Source: Klebsormidium nitens (Eukaryota > Plantae > Klebsormidiophyceae). Taken from it: DNA of 64,000 nucleotides. The first letter of the stretch is position 1, and every line of letters starts with the position of its first letter. Shown piece by piece: positions 38,450 through 53,796 of this stretch. A model generated the notes under the pieces. It saw only the letters and a list, made by a program, of their open reading frames with translations, was not told where the DNA came from and made no database searches. The position numbers were made by a program, and so were the translations under genes. The DNA is taken from the NCBI GenBank assembly GCA_000708835.1, contig DF237189.1, positions 62,001 to 126,000 on the forward strand, given 5' to 3'.

Positions 38450-38764
38450 ATGTCGACGGCGGCGGGTTTGGCGAACCAAGGGGAAGAGATCGACTCCACA
38501 GACCCCGCCGGTCACTCTGCAAAAGAGGAGGGACTCGCGCTCACGGTGAAACATACCGACGGGACCGACCTCGTGTTCCGGGTGCGGGCAAGCACCAAGT
38601 TTGGGAAGCTCATGGAGGCATACGCAAATAGAAAAGGCCTCAAGTTGGCGTCGCTCAAGTTTTATTACGACGAGAAGCAGCTGACAAAGAACCAGACGCC
38701 GTCGAGCTTGAAGATGAAAAGCGGGGCGATGATTGACGCCACATCGAAAGTGGGAGGGGGATGA
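38450..38764 (+). CDS. Intronless SUMO-like (Rad60-SLD/ubiquitin-fold) protein
   Basis: 'LTVKHTDGTDLVFRVRASTKFGKLMEAYANRKGLKLASLKFYYDEKQLTKNQTPSSLKMKSGAMIDA...KVGGG*' matches the SUMO pattern (F.vk..T.f.KL..AY; TP..L.M.dgd.Id) and ends in a di-Gly. Confidence 0.85.
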   Translation: MSTAAGLANQGEEIDSTDPAGHSAKEEGLALTVKHTDGTDLVFRVRASTKFGKLMEAYANRKGLKLASLKFYYDEKQLTKNQTPSSLKMKSGAMIDATSKVGGG

Positions 38765-41700
38765 CGGTGAGGTGCTGTGGTGTTTGACGCTCGTTCTTCA
38801 GCAGTGCTGATTTGGTGGATCTGTTTCATGTCCGGGGAAGGAATGTGGGCGATTCATCCCGTCTGTTTGCGCTGTCGCCGCTGGGTAAAGTATAGGCTCA
38901 GATCCATGCCACTACCAAACCGAAGGTGGGAGCTGGTGCATCACTCTGTCTGCTTGTCTCTTTGTCCTAAGGAGTGGGTAAAACTCAGCGTCGCATCAAG
39001 GCCACATTTGGACTGAAGAAAGGATCATGGTGGAGGCCAATGCATTTCTTCTCTCGGCTTCTTTCTTTTTGTCAGTGGCTGGGTAGATTTTGATGCTCAT
39101 CAATGCCACAGTCAAGTCTCGCAAGGATGAAGGTGGGGGCAGGTGCGGTGCTTTGCCGCCGTCTGTTGCCCGTGTGACTGGGGTCTTGGGGCTCAGTGTG
39201 GTCTAGCATACTTCACGAAGTGGTGGCAAGGTCGGCTCTTTTCCAATGTGGGCTCTTGTGGGCTCCCCTCTGATGCTTTTCACGCCCACATTGGTGGCTG
39301 CCTTCAGGAACTGGAGACCATACGTCTTAAAACTTGTGCACGGGTAATGCACAGCCCTCCTAGTGCCTTCTGAACGAGCTGAAGCTTTCAAAACAAGAAC
39401 ACGCGGTTGCACAATCTGTGCGTCACAGTCTGGGAAAATATCGTGGGCTCTTGAAGCCTGTCTTTAGGGAGCCCACTTAGATGAGCGACGCTTGAGTACT
39501 GACGATTGATTGCCTTGAGGTTTTCAGAGGGAGGCGATTCCCAGTGGAAATTTCAATGAGCATTGTCAATCAAAGGGTGGCGCTGGTTACTGAATCCTCA
39601 GAATATTCAATGTTGTCGTTGAGCTGGATGGTGTTGTCTTCAGTGCGACATTGAACGTCCAAAAGTCTGGGACCTTCTCGAGCCGCCAGTAAGGATCCGG
39701 CCATACTGTCGCCCCTTGTTCTTCTGATCAGTCAGCTGCCCGTGTGTCTTGCTCCTTTCTGTTCTCAAACGGAGAAAGTTACTGTCTCAGCTTGAAGGGG
39801 TGATGATGTTCAAACTCAAATGCATGCAAAAATGTTTCACAGAGTCACACTACGGAGTCACCGGCCACTCTGTCACAAGACATGGACCGCTTCTGACATT
39901 ACAGATGCGAGGCAACCGAAACAATATCCAGTACACCACTTACCTTCGGTTTGCTAGCCCGCGCTTTGCCGGTCTGGGACTCACTGTCCTGCCGAGTGTG
40001 TCAGCACTAATTTGCAAGAAACTGGCAAAGCATATGTCCCTTGGAAGGTCATCGATTGTTGCATCCATTCTCTGTCACAGAACCTCTTTTCTGATTGTGG
40101 CTGCAACATACCCCTCATAACTCTGCCTGGTTGCGAGGATACTACTCCCAAGGTTTTACTTTGTCCACATAGTGCATTCAAAAATCCCGTTTGGATTTCA
40201 TTTCTTGCACGAAGGGGGTGGCCCATATCATTGTCCCTCGCCGCTCTTTTCGCCTGGATAGTTTATTGCTTTCAGAACATCGAGAAAGTTTCCAAACTGT
40301 CGGAATATCTTTTCGACCAGGCTCTGCGTTTCCAGCCTTGTGGCCATGGGTGAACACCTGGATGCTACCATTCCTTGCATATAGGTGACTGGTCTCTCCC
40401 TTGTTGCTTGGAATATGCGTAGCGCGATGGGCCTCTGGCATCTGTAAGGCAATCTGCTTCTTCAATGGAGATCTACGTTTCTCGGACCACATGCTTACTT
40501 CACAGAGTCTGCGTTTCCCGGCGCACAAAAGGTTCTCAAAGCCGGATCGCTCTTGGCTTGAAGTGAAATGTTCATATCTGGCAGAGTTTTTCTGCTCGCG
40601 TTTTGTGTTCGTGCTGTCTCTCGTGACGGACTCAAAAGGCTGCTCACGGTCCTGCTTTGCCTGTCTCTCAAGCGAACTTGACCGTAGCTCAGCATAAGCG
40701 GCACGGAAGGAATGGAGGCAGTCGTCTGAGCTACTCTTTTAGAAGGTTTTCTATTAGATAATCGGTTCTGTCAGCTTTGTGGGCTCGATCGGATGTGACG
40801 TTCTGAAAGCGATCAACTGCAAGCGCAAAAAGAGAGGAATGTTGATCCTTGCGACATCACAGACTCGACCGCAGTTTCGATGCCGGTCAGCAGATCTGGG
40901 TGCGTTTGGTAAGCAGAGGTATCGCTGTCACAAAGAACGCACATCGTTGGGTACGAATCCGGCTTGCTGTCCGTTCTTTTGAACTTTTGTCGGCTGTCAA
41001 AATTTAGAATGTCTCCGCCTCTCGTGTTTCACAGCCTCTCGTCTTTCACAACCTTGAGGAGCTTCCACAAAGCAAATGACTTTTTTGGCTTTGGTGGGCG
41101 GAAAAGCTTCCAGGCCACTCCAGGACATGGGTTGCTTGTCGTCCAGATGCTTCTTTGCATGCCAATCGAAGACCGCAGGTTGGTTCCCCGCAGGCGAATC
41201 TGTCTCACAACGACATTCTGTCCCTGTAAAAGGACTGCTGTTGGCAGGGGCACTTGCTACCCGCCCTTTCACCAAGGCTCTTTCGAAAGTAACATCGTGC
41301 TTTCTTATCACTTTCTCACAAGAGCTTAAAGGACGACTCCTTGGTTGCGCAGATTCGTGCGGCGAGCCTGTCACCAACTAATTGGGGCTGCCAAGATGGG
41401 GCAGCCGAGCAGACTCCCAGCTTCATCCAGGCGGCCCCGTTCCCTCCAGCTTCGTAACATCCCCGGCCTCCATAGTGATTGACGACGTGGGCAGCTCTGT
41501 CTAGATTAGCGTAGCCCAAGCACTTGATTTGTGCCGAGCCTATTGTTTCCTAGAGGTAAATCTGCAGCCAAGCAACGCGATGATTGAGAGATGGCTGCGT
41601 AAGAGAACCTGAAATGTGAGCTACCCAGTGTTGAAGCGGACGTTCAACTGGCGCTCCGACCATGTCCGGTCAGAAAGTATGAGCTCTTCAAATCCGAGAG

Positions 41701-42757
41701 TTGTCATGTGCATATGAAGGTTGAGACATGTATATGGCGCATCTATGGCTACCTCGTCGGAGTGAGTGTTCATTACCTATGTACATACAGCAGCTTGTGC
41801 GAGGAGCGCCTCCGTCTTTGTAGAGTACCCATTATCGAGGCATTGACGTCTTATACATGTGTTACTTGTGGCGGATCCACTGTGATTATTCGGTTGGCAG
41901 TACGGTAGAACTCTGCATGCGCAAGACATGTATGCAGCACATCTTGCGTGTGGGTCGACAGCGGCCTCGCGAAGTGTGCCACTGCATGCATTGTCATGAT
42001 CGTCCAAATCTTGGTGCCATGAATGCTGAATGCAATGGTTATGCCTCCCTGTACGTTCCTAGGCACATAATGCTTTTCAATAATCTGCCGGTAGGTTACC
42101 GGTATGCAGCTTCGAGGTCCTAAAAACCACCAACTTGACGATCATCAGGAGCTTGGGCCTTCAATTCAATCATACCGTAGAATCATGCACCTTTGGTATG
42201 AAAGAATGTCTTGCAGTCCCTCGTCTAGAAAATCACTGAACTACCGCTACCGGTAGCTCAACCTGCATATTCAGTGTTCATCTGACGACGAGAGGCGTGG
42301 CTCAATATCACTTCAGGGGCAGCTAGGCGAGCAGGACTTGGGGGCTATTGCAAGGGTACAGCTACCAAATGCTAGCTGCTCATTGGAACAAGTGGATTAA
42401 AGTCCACATGTATCTTTCCGGAGTATGTCTACCATCCTCAAGCAGGGGTTCAGCCAGGTAGTGATCTGAGGCTCCTTGCTGCAGCTATGGGCTTCAAGAA
42501 AAGCTATCCCCGTACCATGCAAGTCACACTGGAGGACTCATCTCCTCCACCTAGGCCAACAAGAAAGTAATGACCAGATATCCTTCACAAGAATGTTACA
42601 ACAATCAAGTGAGCAGGTCAGCAACTCTGGTTCAAGAAGATAGAGAATTCAGCTGAATGTCACCAAGCACCAGCTGCCGAAGGTTCAAAAATCCAAGAAA
42701 GGACAGGACGGCTGTCAAAAAAGGACAGGTCCAAGAGGAAACTTTCAAGATATGGGT

Positions 42758-42773
42758 GGTGTTAGAAAACACC
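42758..42773 (-). ncRNA. Histone 3' UTR stem-loop (H3; cis-element)
   Basis: Minus strand reads CCAAACT-GGTGTT-TTCT-AACACC-ACCCA: 6-bp stem, 4-nt loop, ~55 nt after the H3 stop. Confidence 0.88.
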
Positions 42774-42828
42774 AGTTTGGTTGGTAGGGAGCCAGCAAGC
42801 TGCGCTCCTCCTGCTTTGCTGGGGCTGC

Positions 42829-45185
<2,357 letters not shown>

Positions 45186-45227
45186 GCGCTCCGCCAGCAA
45201 CTGCCACTCCGGCAGCTCAACCAAACT

Positions 45228-45243
45228 GGTGTTTTCTAACACC
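45228..45243 (+). ncRNA. Histone 3' UTR stem-loop (H4; cis-element)
   Basis: CCAAACT-GGTGTT-TTCT-AACACC-ACCAA, 42 nt after the H4 stop; the hairpin is identical to the H3 copy. Confidence 0.88.
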
Positions 45244-45901
45244 ACCAATCGCCAAGAAATATCCGCTCCTCCTATCTGGATCTCTTCTGAGTTGGCTGTC
45301 TCACTTCATTGCATAATGCTGTGTCTGAAACAATTCAAGGTCTCAGCTTGTGCTTGGAAAAGATGCTAGAGGCAATAGCAGCAGCCTGTGCTTTCAGCAG
45401 AGACATGCACTTTTCTTCAAATAGAGACTGGTAGCTAGGTGTTTCAGGTGGCTGAAACCTTCCAACACTAATTCGTAGCTAGACATGAGGTACGTAGAGC
45501 AATGGTTCCAGCACAGAGCGGCACTTACTTCTATTGTTTCTGGTGAAGTTCAACAAATAGTGCACAAGGTTGAAGGGCACATGCTCTCTTAGGCAGACAT
45601 GTTGCGGATTTGGCAGAGTAAGCTAAATGACTCATCAAAGACTGCATGGGTTGTCTATTTGAAGTCAGTTAGCATGGGGCCATTCAGACTGATACATGCA
45701 ATGTCATGCATCCTCGCACGGTATCCAGCCCTCAACAGAATTGCAAGGATGTAGTACCGGCCAACAGCATAGGCTTTGATGATCAACCTCAAGCAGAATG
45801 TAAGACTGACTGGCCCTGCTATCTACTCTCTCTCGCTGTAATTGCTTCTCCCGGACTGGTTCATTATAACGTGATAAACAGCTCAACTAAGCAAAGGCTG
45901 C

Positions 45902-48900
45902 CTATGGGAAGCCATAGTCAAGCTTCCCTTCATCATCGCTCCAATTATCTTGATCTGCGTGCTCATCTTCAAGGACCTGCAAGGCAAATGTCTGAAGTAT
46001 TACACAAACCCGACAAGTTCTGCATTCGATGAAACAGGACAGACAACAATGACTAGCAAGATCCTCTCTCCTACGTCCGCTATGATACTAACGTTCCTGT
46101 CGTTTGCATGTAACATTTAAGTGACCCACAGGTTGCTCCTGCTTCTGGTCAAACCCCCAATATGCACAGACATCGCTGTTCTCATTGACTCCACGTATCG
46201 AGTACACATGTACATGGACAAGATGTGCAGACACCTTGCTTGAGAAACCAGTAAAGGCATCAGAGAGGGGGTGGGAAACTTGCCTTTGCGGGTGCGGGAG
46301 GCTCCCAAACTAAGATCTGACGATCGTTGCCCCCGCTGTACATTTCCTGCAAGAAACCAGGGTGTCATAACGAGAATTTCACATACAAAAATGGGAAATG
46401 CTGAACACACTCTGCAGCATTCCTTGTACTGCATGGGATGTTAGACAGCCGATGCCAAGGCAAGGTGTATCAATTCGCGTTCCATAACGGTGCAACTTAG
46501 CATCCTCGATCGCTGAACTGTCACAAATGACGGAATGACCTAAAGGCATCTCAATCCACCTTAACTGGGCTTACTGAAAAGAGCACCCAGTTCTAGGTCT
46601 TGTCTCTTCGGAAAGGCTATCCTGTCCTTTTGTCACTGGCTTACTCAAAACATCAATCACCGGTCGCACAGTTCAGCCTTCTTGCATAACCAAATACGGC
46701 GGCCAACACGCACTGGTTGGCAATTGTGCTCCAGATCCGCTCCGCCAAACCCAAAGAGAGGGGGATACCTCGTCGAGAAAGAGGGAGAACAGCAGCCCGC
46801 GGAAAGAACCGTTTCTGCGAACTGGCTCGTTCTCTGTGACCAGAACATCTCTGTTGACCAATGTGGATGATACACAAGCGTCTATTTCACCATAAGTCTC
46901 TGAACGGTTACGATGATCCCACCTGATCATGTGCCTGGAAGGTGCAGCAATTTACCCCCTCGAAGTGGCCCCGGAGCGTGGCGTGCGGCTCCCCGGACCA
47001 TACGTCGAACGCCTGCGCGATCGAGAAGAGCAAAAACCAGTTGGAAAAGGCATGCATGATTGTCGTCGGTAGAAGGCGCGTTTGCAGGGAGAGCAACGAG
47101 GCGCAGTGCCCCCCCTGCGACATTCTTCGCGACGTATCAAGAAGGAATCAGCGAATAAGGGCAACAAAAAGGAAAGCTTTTTGACAATGAAGAGCAGGAT
47201 AAGTGGCATGGCTGACGGAACCCGCATGCGCTCCCTAACCTCAAAACCACTTTGCCATGCGAAATATGCTCCCAGAAAAGAGAGCGGGAGGCACTGGGTC
47301 AAAAAGGAAGAACCAGCTGCCGGGACGACCATTTCAGACCCTTGTAGTGAGGAGGGCCGGCATGTATCACAAAAGAGAAGGAACGCAGCCGTTTGTGACG
47401 ACACTAGGTTGGGGACTTCATTGACTATAAGGAAGGCCATCAAACGGCCGAAACCCAGATCCAACGACATGACTTGCGACAGTGCCGTCGTCACTTTCAT
47501 TCCTTCCTCTGCTAACGTCGTGGAGCTCTGTGAATACCCCCCCAGTCCTCCTCGGACTTAAGGACGAAAAACTTGTCAACTCCCAGACCTATAGCCCAAG
47601 CTTACGCCAGGGGTCCCTCCTATCGATCATCGAGCCCCGGCGATTGCCGTTCTTAAAAAACTGGTCGAGACAGGATAAGCATACAGAGACAAAAACAGCA
47701 GAACCCGAAAATACTGCCAATCCATTCCATAGGATGCAAATTAACGGGCGAGAAGTCTATCTTATCACCACGCTTGCGGAATCCACAATCATGATAGATG
47801 AGTGCGGACGGGGTGCGGACCTGGATGACGCTGCCGGACGGTTGGTACACGTGGCTGCTGTCCGGAGAGACGGCGATCTGTGTGCCCCTGTTGGCTTTGC
47901 CCCGGGTCGTCCGGTAATTTACCAGAGTGTTGTTCCCGGTCTCAATGTCCCACAGTCGCAAACGGGAGTCGGCACCTGGGAGGAGGAAAAAGCTCAGAAT
48001 CAAACAGGTCTCGCAGCTTTTCTTCTGAAGTGCCCTCCGAAGCTCAAGCAGTCGCTTGCGAGGACCAGAAGAATGTCTCAGAAAGTAGTATAAACATGCG
48101 TTTGGGTCTGCAGAATCGTGAACGGCATTGAGGTGATCTTGATATGAGGCTAGGAGTAAGGTGACATTGGAAAGCTTGCGCGGAAAGCACCCTACTTCTT
48201 GAGCAGAATCAGGCCGCTTTTCATGTTGTTGCAACTTCAACATTTGGTGTCGCTCCATTGACAGAACATTGGCCGCCGGGTCACACTGGTTGGAACTTGG
48301 AAGCAGAATATCATGCCCGGGGCCACTCGCCAGCAATTGTGCCAGTTATAACCTCTTTCGGATTTGGCAGGTGTTTTTCGCGTCTTGCCCGTCGCATCTT
48401 CGCTGCGTGACCTTTTCAACAAAGACGAAAGCTCTCTACTGCAACGAAAAGTGCTGCAGAACCATTTTCCAGATTCTTGAACCTATCTTAATGGATTCGA
48501 GCCTTCGATCTTGGTCTTCAAAAGCCATCAAAAACGCTCAGCAGTCTCCAACAAGTGAGTCGGCTCCACAACGTGCGCGACTGCCGGAAAGGCATCTCAG
48601 ACCGCAGACCTTTCCGAGCGGCTCCTGAGACTTCTGTGGCTAACAAAAAACCGCAAACGCAATTTCTTTCTCGCTCCGACGAAGGCGCATTCCTACTTAA
48701 GCTGAGCACTCACGATCGGTCTCGGAACCCCCACGCACCTGTGCTGAACAGGTACTGCCCGTCCGGCGTGCCCTGCAGTGACGTCACAGGGGCGTCATGC
48801 GCTGACGTGCGGTCCAGCGCTGACGCCATCCCCGGGTGCAGCAGCTGCGGCCGGTCGGGGGCGCCTCTTCGCTTCGGACCCCGACCTGCGTCAGGCACAC

Positions 48901-51900
48901 TGGCTTCGCTTGAGCGCACAGAACTGAGAATTGGAAACCGCTAACGGACTGGCAAGAATGATTCGGTTCGGGCCAGTCCACTGTGGAAGGCTGTGCTAGA
49001 AACAGGCGAAGTTGCGATGATGGAAGGTTGGTGTAGACTGGCTTCGCTAGCACGTAAAAACAAATTTTCAAGACCGCGAACGTAATGGCAGAAACGGTTT
49101 TGTTCGAGCCACTCTACTGTAGAAGGCTTTGCGAGGATTTGCAATGTTGCGATGATGGAAGGTTGGCGCAGCGGTCGGTCGGGAGCTTTCCGCCTCGGGC
49201 CTCGGGGTGCAAACACGGAGAGACCTCACGACCCAACAAGGGGATACTACGCGCCAAAACTCGCTGCGTCATAAGACACCAGCTGCCTTTTTTTGCAACA
49301 AGACCTGAAGGGTCTTTCTTTTGCTACTTCTGCGGTAAAACCAGCCCAGAACACAGGCAGAGCCCCGAGGACTGAACTCAATCTGCAGGGACGCTTTCTT
49401 CGTGCGTCTGAGAGCGTCTCGTACATCGTGCGACTCTCAGGGGCTTCCAGAAGGCTCATCTCTGGGCAGCCAGAAAGCCAAACGGCAAGCATCTTATTGC
49501 TGCTGACTGAAATGAAAGCAACAGCCGAGCACTTCCCGAAACTAACTTCACGGTGGCAGAGCAGTCGCCAACAGACAGTCTATCACGGGCCAAACCACAA
49601 AGCTGCCTGATAGCAATTTTGGGCAGACATTCGCAAGAGCACTACTGTAGACCAAAAAGAACCAGCCCACCAACCAACGAAGTTGGCCAAAATAGCCACC
49701 TGGAGCAAATCGGTCGCCGAAATCAGGCCGTTCGATTACTCGAACGCGGCCATCGGACGACCCAGACTGTGGAACCGGCCCAGGTTGGACGCGGGACCCG
49801 GCAACCACTTTCGCGCAAACTTGCAGTATGACGCCGTCTTACAAAAGCTGTTCAGTCTCACCTTCCCGCTGTTGAAGAGCGTTCGGTGGATCCGTACGCG
49901 TGTCCTGTGGTCGAGGGGGCGGCCGCCGCCCCATCTGGGTCTTGTGCTGGTCCAACACCTTGAAGCAGCCCGCACTGCACAAGAGAGATGGGAGTAGTCA
50001 TTCTCTTCGGCTCCCTAATAAGACAAAATATTTCGTATTGATGCTGAAATATACTTCGCAATAGCTTCATTATATATACTTCGATTGGATGCTGAACTAT
50101 ACCTTGAATGGATACTGTAAACTTTATCTCGAATGGATGCTGAAATTTACTTCCGAATGGATGCTGAAATATACCTCGACTGGACGCTCAGTTGGCTCGA
50201 TCGGGACGTGGGCAGAGAAGGTTCTGACCTGGGACAGTAAAGCCAAACACGCAATTCTCGAGCTTCAGAATTGGAGCGTGCAGATAGGAGCTGCAACATC
50301 TGATCCTCCACATGAAGGGGCCCAAAAGTCCGGATTTCCCAGATTAAGGGGGCCGAAAGTGTGATTCTTCCAAAAAAGGACGCCCAAAAGTATAATTGTT
50401 CCAAATAAGGGGCCCCGAAAGTCTGATTCTTCCAGATAAAGGGGCCTGAAAGTCTGATCCCCCACGTGAAGGGGCCCAAAAGTCTCCGCGCTCACCGCCG
50501 GATGTCCCAGAAGCGGATGGCGCCGTCGCACCCCCCCGTCATGAGCACGAACTCGCTGGAGAGCGACCACGTGACCGCCCAGACCGCGTCCCGGTGGCCC
50601 GCCAGGCTGTGTGCGAAGCCGCCGCTGCTGACGTCACACAGGCGGACCCGGGTGTCACCGCTGCCAACTGCACATAATGACGGCTTTCATCCCCTGCTTA
50701 TTCGCCTTTTCTGTGCCAATCGCTTCCTTTCATGCAATGCTTTCAGGACCGCATTCCTGGTATTCCCACAAGGGTCTGGAGCCCTGACCTCGTCGATAAG
50801 GCACTTGGTTGAGCATCCCAATCGCTTGTCGTAGCAGGCTTCGTCGCATCATTTTAGATACTTTGATGATTGTAATGAAACAATGCACGACGCAATCGCG
50901 TAGGACCCCGACGATTTGACGGAAAGGAAAAAGAAAGTTTGCGCTGGTATTACACTCTATGTGGCGCCGAGTATGAGAAACGCTGGGACCTTTTGATATG
51001 AGGATGGTGTTGCAAAACGGCCCAAAAACGCAAAACGCATGTCTGAACAGTTGGCAGCCAAAGCGAGGCGTTCTATGACGGGGCGTGAGTGATGCTAGTG
51101 AGCACTGAAAACCACGGGCTCTGGCAGAATACCGCAAACTTCAGACGGCCGACAAAGACGAAACGAGGAGAAGAGGACAGCTAAGTCTTGAACCCTTTCA
51201 TGGAAGCGAGCCTGCTTGAAAAGGCAACTGGTGCACCTAACCATCTCTTCGCTTTTGCCCATCGCTCCAAATGACTCTCAAAACCAGATTGTAAGCTGAA
51301 CAGATTCACACTACTCCTTGACCGATATCAGGCTGGAAATTTGTCATGAAGGCAGAACAGACTCAAGAAGTCAAACCTGTCGGGCTTTTTCCTTATTCAC
51401 ACGGTCCAGCAAAGAAAAGCAGATGGCTTGCTTCTTTGTCACAATCGCGAGAAGGTCCCGAACAATTCGCTAGTCGTTTTTTCGCAACAGTTCACGGCAG
51501 CCCAAGAGCAGACTCTATGAAGTAAAGTTCTGCCTCTGGCGTGATAGCTCACCAGCTATGAGAGTGTGGGTGACAGCGACTGGAGACATGGCGACGGCAA
51601 ATACCTTGGCGGGAAGACTGAACGTCATCTCCACCTGGAAAACCATCCTAGCTTAGTATTGGGTTGCGCCAAGAAGATCAAAAGTATAAGACCGCAGGAA
51701 AAAGAAGTGGAGGTAGTTGCTAGAATGACCTTCATGACACCAGGTGAGGGGGTATCAGCAAGAGAAATTGTACGGGTAGGATCCATCAGACATTCTTCCA
51801 GGATATGTTGCAGCTCAGATCGCTGCTCCGTTTGCGTGACCATTTGAAGATACACCAAGCCACAAGGGCCCAATCATAAAACAACAGCTGCCTAGAATGC

Positions 51901-53796
51901 TTAGGCAAAACCGTTGAATGTGGATTCAGATGCCAACGGCAGAATGTCACCCTTGTAAGGCGTTAAGGAGATACCCTGTAGAGAAATCAGGAGGCTCAAG
52001 GGTTGTCTAGGGTAGTGAAGCAGTGCCCGCCTAACTCCAACAAGGGGAGGATAGGAATCCCCGCAGCGTGACCTCAGCGGTTTTATTACGCAAAAATGTC
52101 GAGATCTAGACACAGAGTATGCTTGTTCTTCAAGCTCCAAAGCAAATGGTTTCCAGAAACTGGTGCCAAGAAGGCGTGGCAAGCTCTCACCTGCAACGTG
52201 TTCGTATCCCAGCATTTGACCGTGTCGTCAAACGAGCCCGACACGAAGAGGCCAGTATCAATTGGGTACCATGAAACGGACGAGACGGCGTACTGGTGGG
52301 CTCCCTCCGTCCTCCTGCTCAGAAAGAAGCGCACCGCCTTTCTTGAGCGTTTGCAGAAACTCAAAAAGAGGGAGCAGCTCCTTTGGTCGACGGGACAACA
52401 TGAAAGAAGCTGCCATAAAGTTGAACCCATCGTTCTTGATAGCACCTGAAGCTCCAAATAAAGTGGGTGGTTTGGCGTCGAGGCAATATTTGCTCAATCC
52501 AGAAGGGTGGGTAAAGTATCAATCTACTCTTCCTGAGGTATTCAAACAACTTGTCAGTTTCGGTCAGTCATAAAGAATGAGTTACCACGCACTTGTGTTG
52601 AAGAGCAACTACATTTTGAATCGTCAATCTCCAACTGAGCTTTATGAAGTCTGAAGGAAAGGTGCACTTCACTACAGTGTATCTGTTCACCGATGGTAGC
52701 CTCGCAGCCCCCACGAACGTGCAAGACAAGCAAATGAAGTCATGGTCTCAAGCTGGATACAGTAAGCAGATCAGCCAGTCCGCAGAATGTCAAGAATCAG
52801 AAAGAACCAACAGCGTCTGCCTAGCTGGGCACCCTGTCTAAGCTTTAACTACATCTTCGAGTGTGGTCGCAACAATTCACACTCGACCTTGCAAAGAACA
52901 ACGTTGCTGCATCAAGCATTGCAATGAGTGGGCTGAGAGCATTCAAGAGCATTCCTTTGTGAAAGCTCGAATCTACCAAATGAGAGGGCGCAAGAGCAGA
53001 GCATCGCTCACTTGTCAATTTTGAACAGGCGTTCATGAACTGCGGTGCCATCTTGTTCATACTTGGTGGGGACCTGAGTGTCATGGACAGCGAGCGAACC
53101 GTCCGAGGCCCCCGATAGCAAACTGCAGCAGGAATTAACCAGGGTGAAGAAGGGGGAAAACAGAAGGGTTCATGAGCACTGTGTCTATATCAACACAAAA
53201 ACCAGAAGAGCGTGGATAAATCATACTCGAGATTACCCTAAACAGGTTGATGGTAAAAAGGTTGGTAAAGTGCCTGCAAAGTGAGGTTGGGAAGACCTCA
53301 AACAGAGCAGCATTGGCAAGAGTGACCGATTCTCCCACAGCCGAACGAGAGCTTAAATGCATTTCTCCAAGTTATCATGCCACTCTTCCACGTTGTAGAC
53401 TGGTAGATCACAACGCGCTAGCTGTCTTTTCCTCAATACGAAGACGGTGGTCCTATGTAGAACCGTGGTTTGAGGACCTGCATGCATGCACTACCCCTCC
53501 GTTGTTCCACCACAAAACCTCCAAAGCTTCCTCGCCCAATGCATGACTCTGAGCCCAAGCCAGACCACCTATTACTCGCAAAACCATCTCAATCAGCAAA
53601 CAACGACTCAAAAGCATACTCACTACCGCTGCTCTGTATTGTCCACCTGCAGGCTGGTGACACCACTCCTGTGGCCGCTGGAGATCTCTTTGCTTGTGGA
53701 CAGATCCAATGCGAGCAGCCGCGACTTGGCGATCCTCGCAGCAGTCACTTGGGGCTTCTCAGAGCCTGTCTGGCGATCTTGCAAATGCTTCCACAT
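45902..53796 (-). CDS. CSA: Cockayne syndrome A / ERCC8 WD40 protein (ATCSA-1-like)
   Basis: About 11-12 exons. 'MWKHLQDRQTG...HRSGVTSLQVDNTEQR', 'LLSGASDGSLAVHD', 'HQYAVSSVSWYPIDTGLFVSGSFD', 'GHRDAVWAVTWSLSSEFVLMTGGCDGAIRFWDIRR', 'LRLWDIETGNNTLVNY', 'LRGHFEGVNCC', 'YSGGNDRQILVW', terminal 'DQDNWSD' (last exon 45976-45902). Confidence 0.93.
50037..50185. repeat. ~24-bp minisatellite in a CSA intron
   Basis: About 5-6 copies of (c)gaatggatgctgaaat(a/t)tac. Confidence 0.85.
50311..50482. repeat. ~31-bp minisatellite abutting a CSA splice donor
   Basis: About 6 copies of aaggggccc(g/a)aaagtctgattcttccagat. Confidence 0.85.

Noticed and set aside
47482-48093. 203-aa plus-strand ORF
   Set aside because: Antisense to a CSA exon and its flanking introns.
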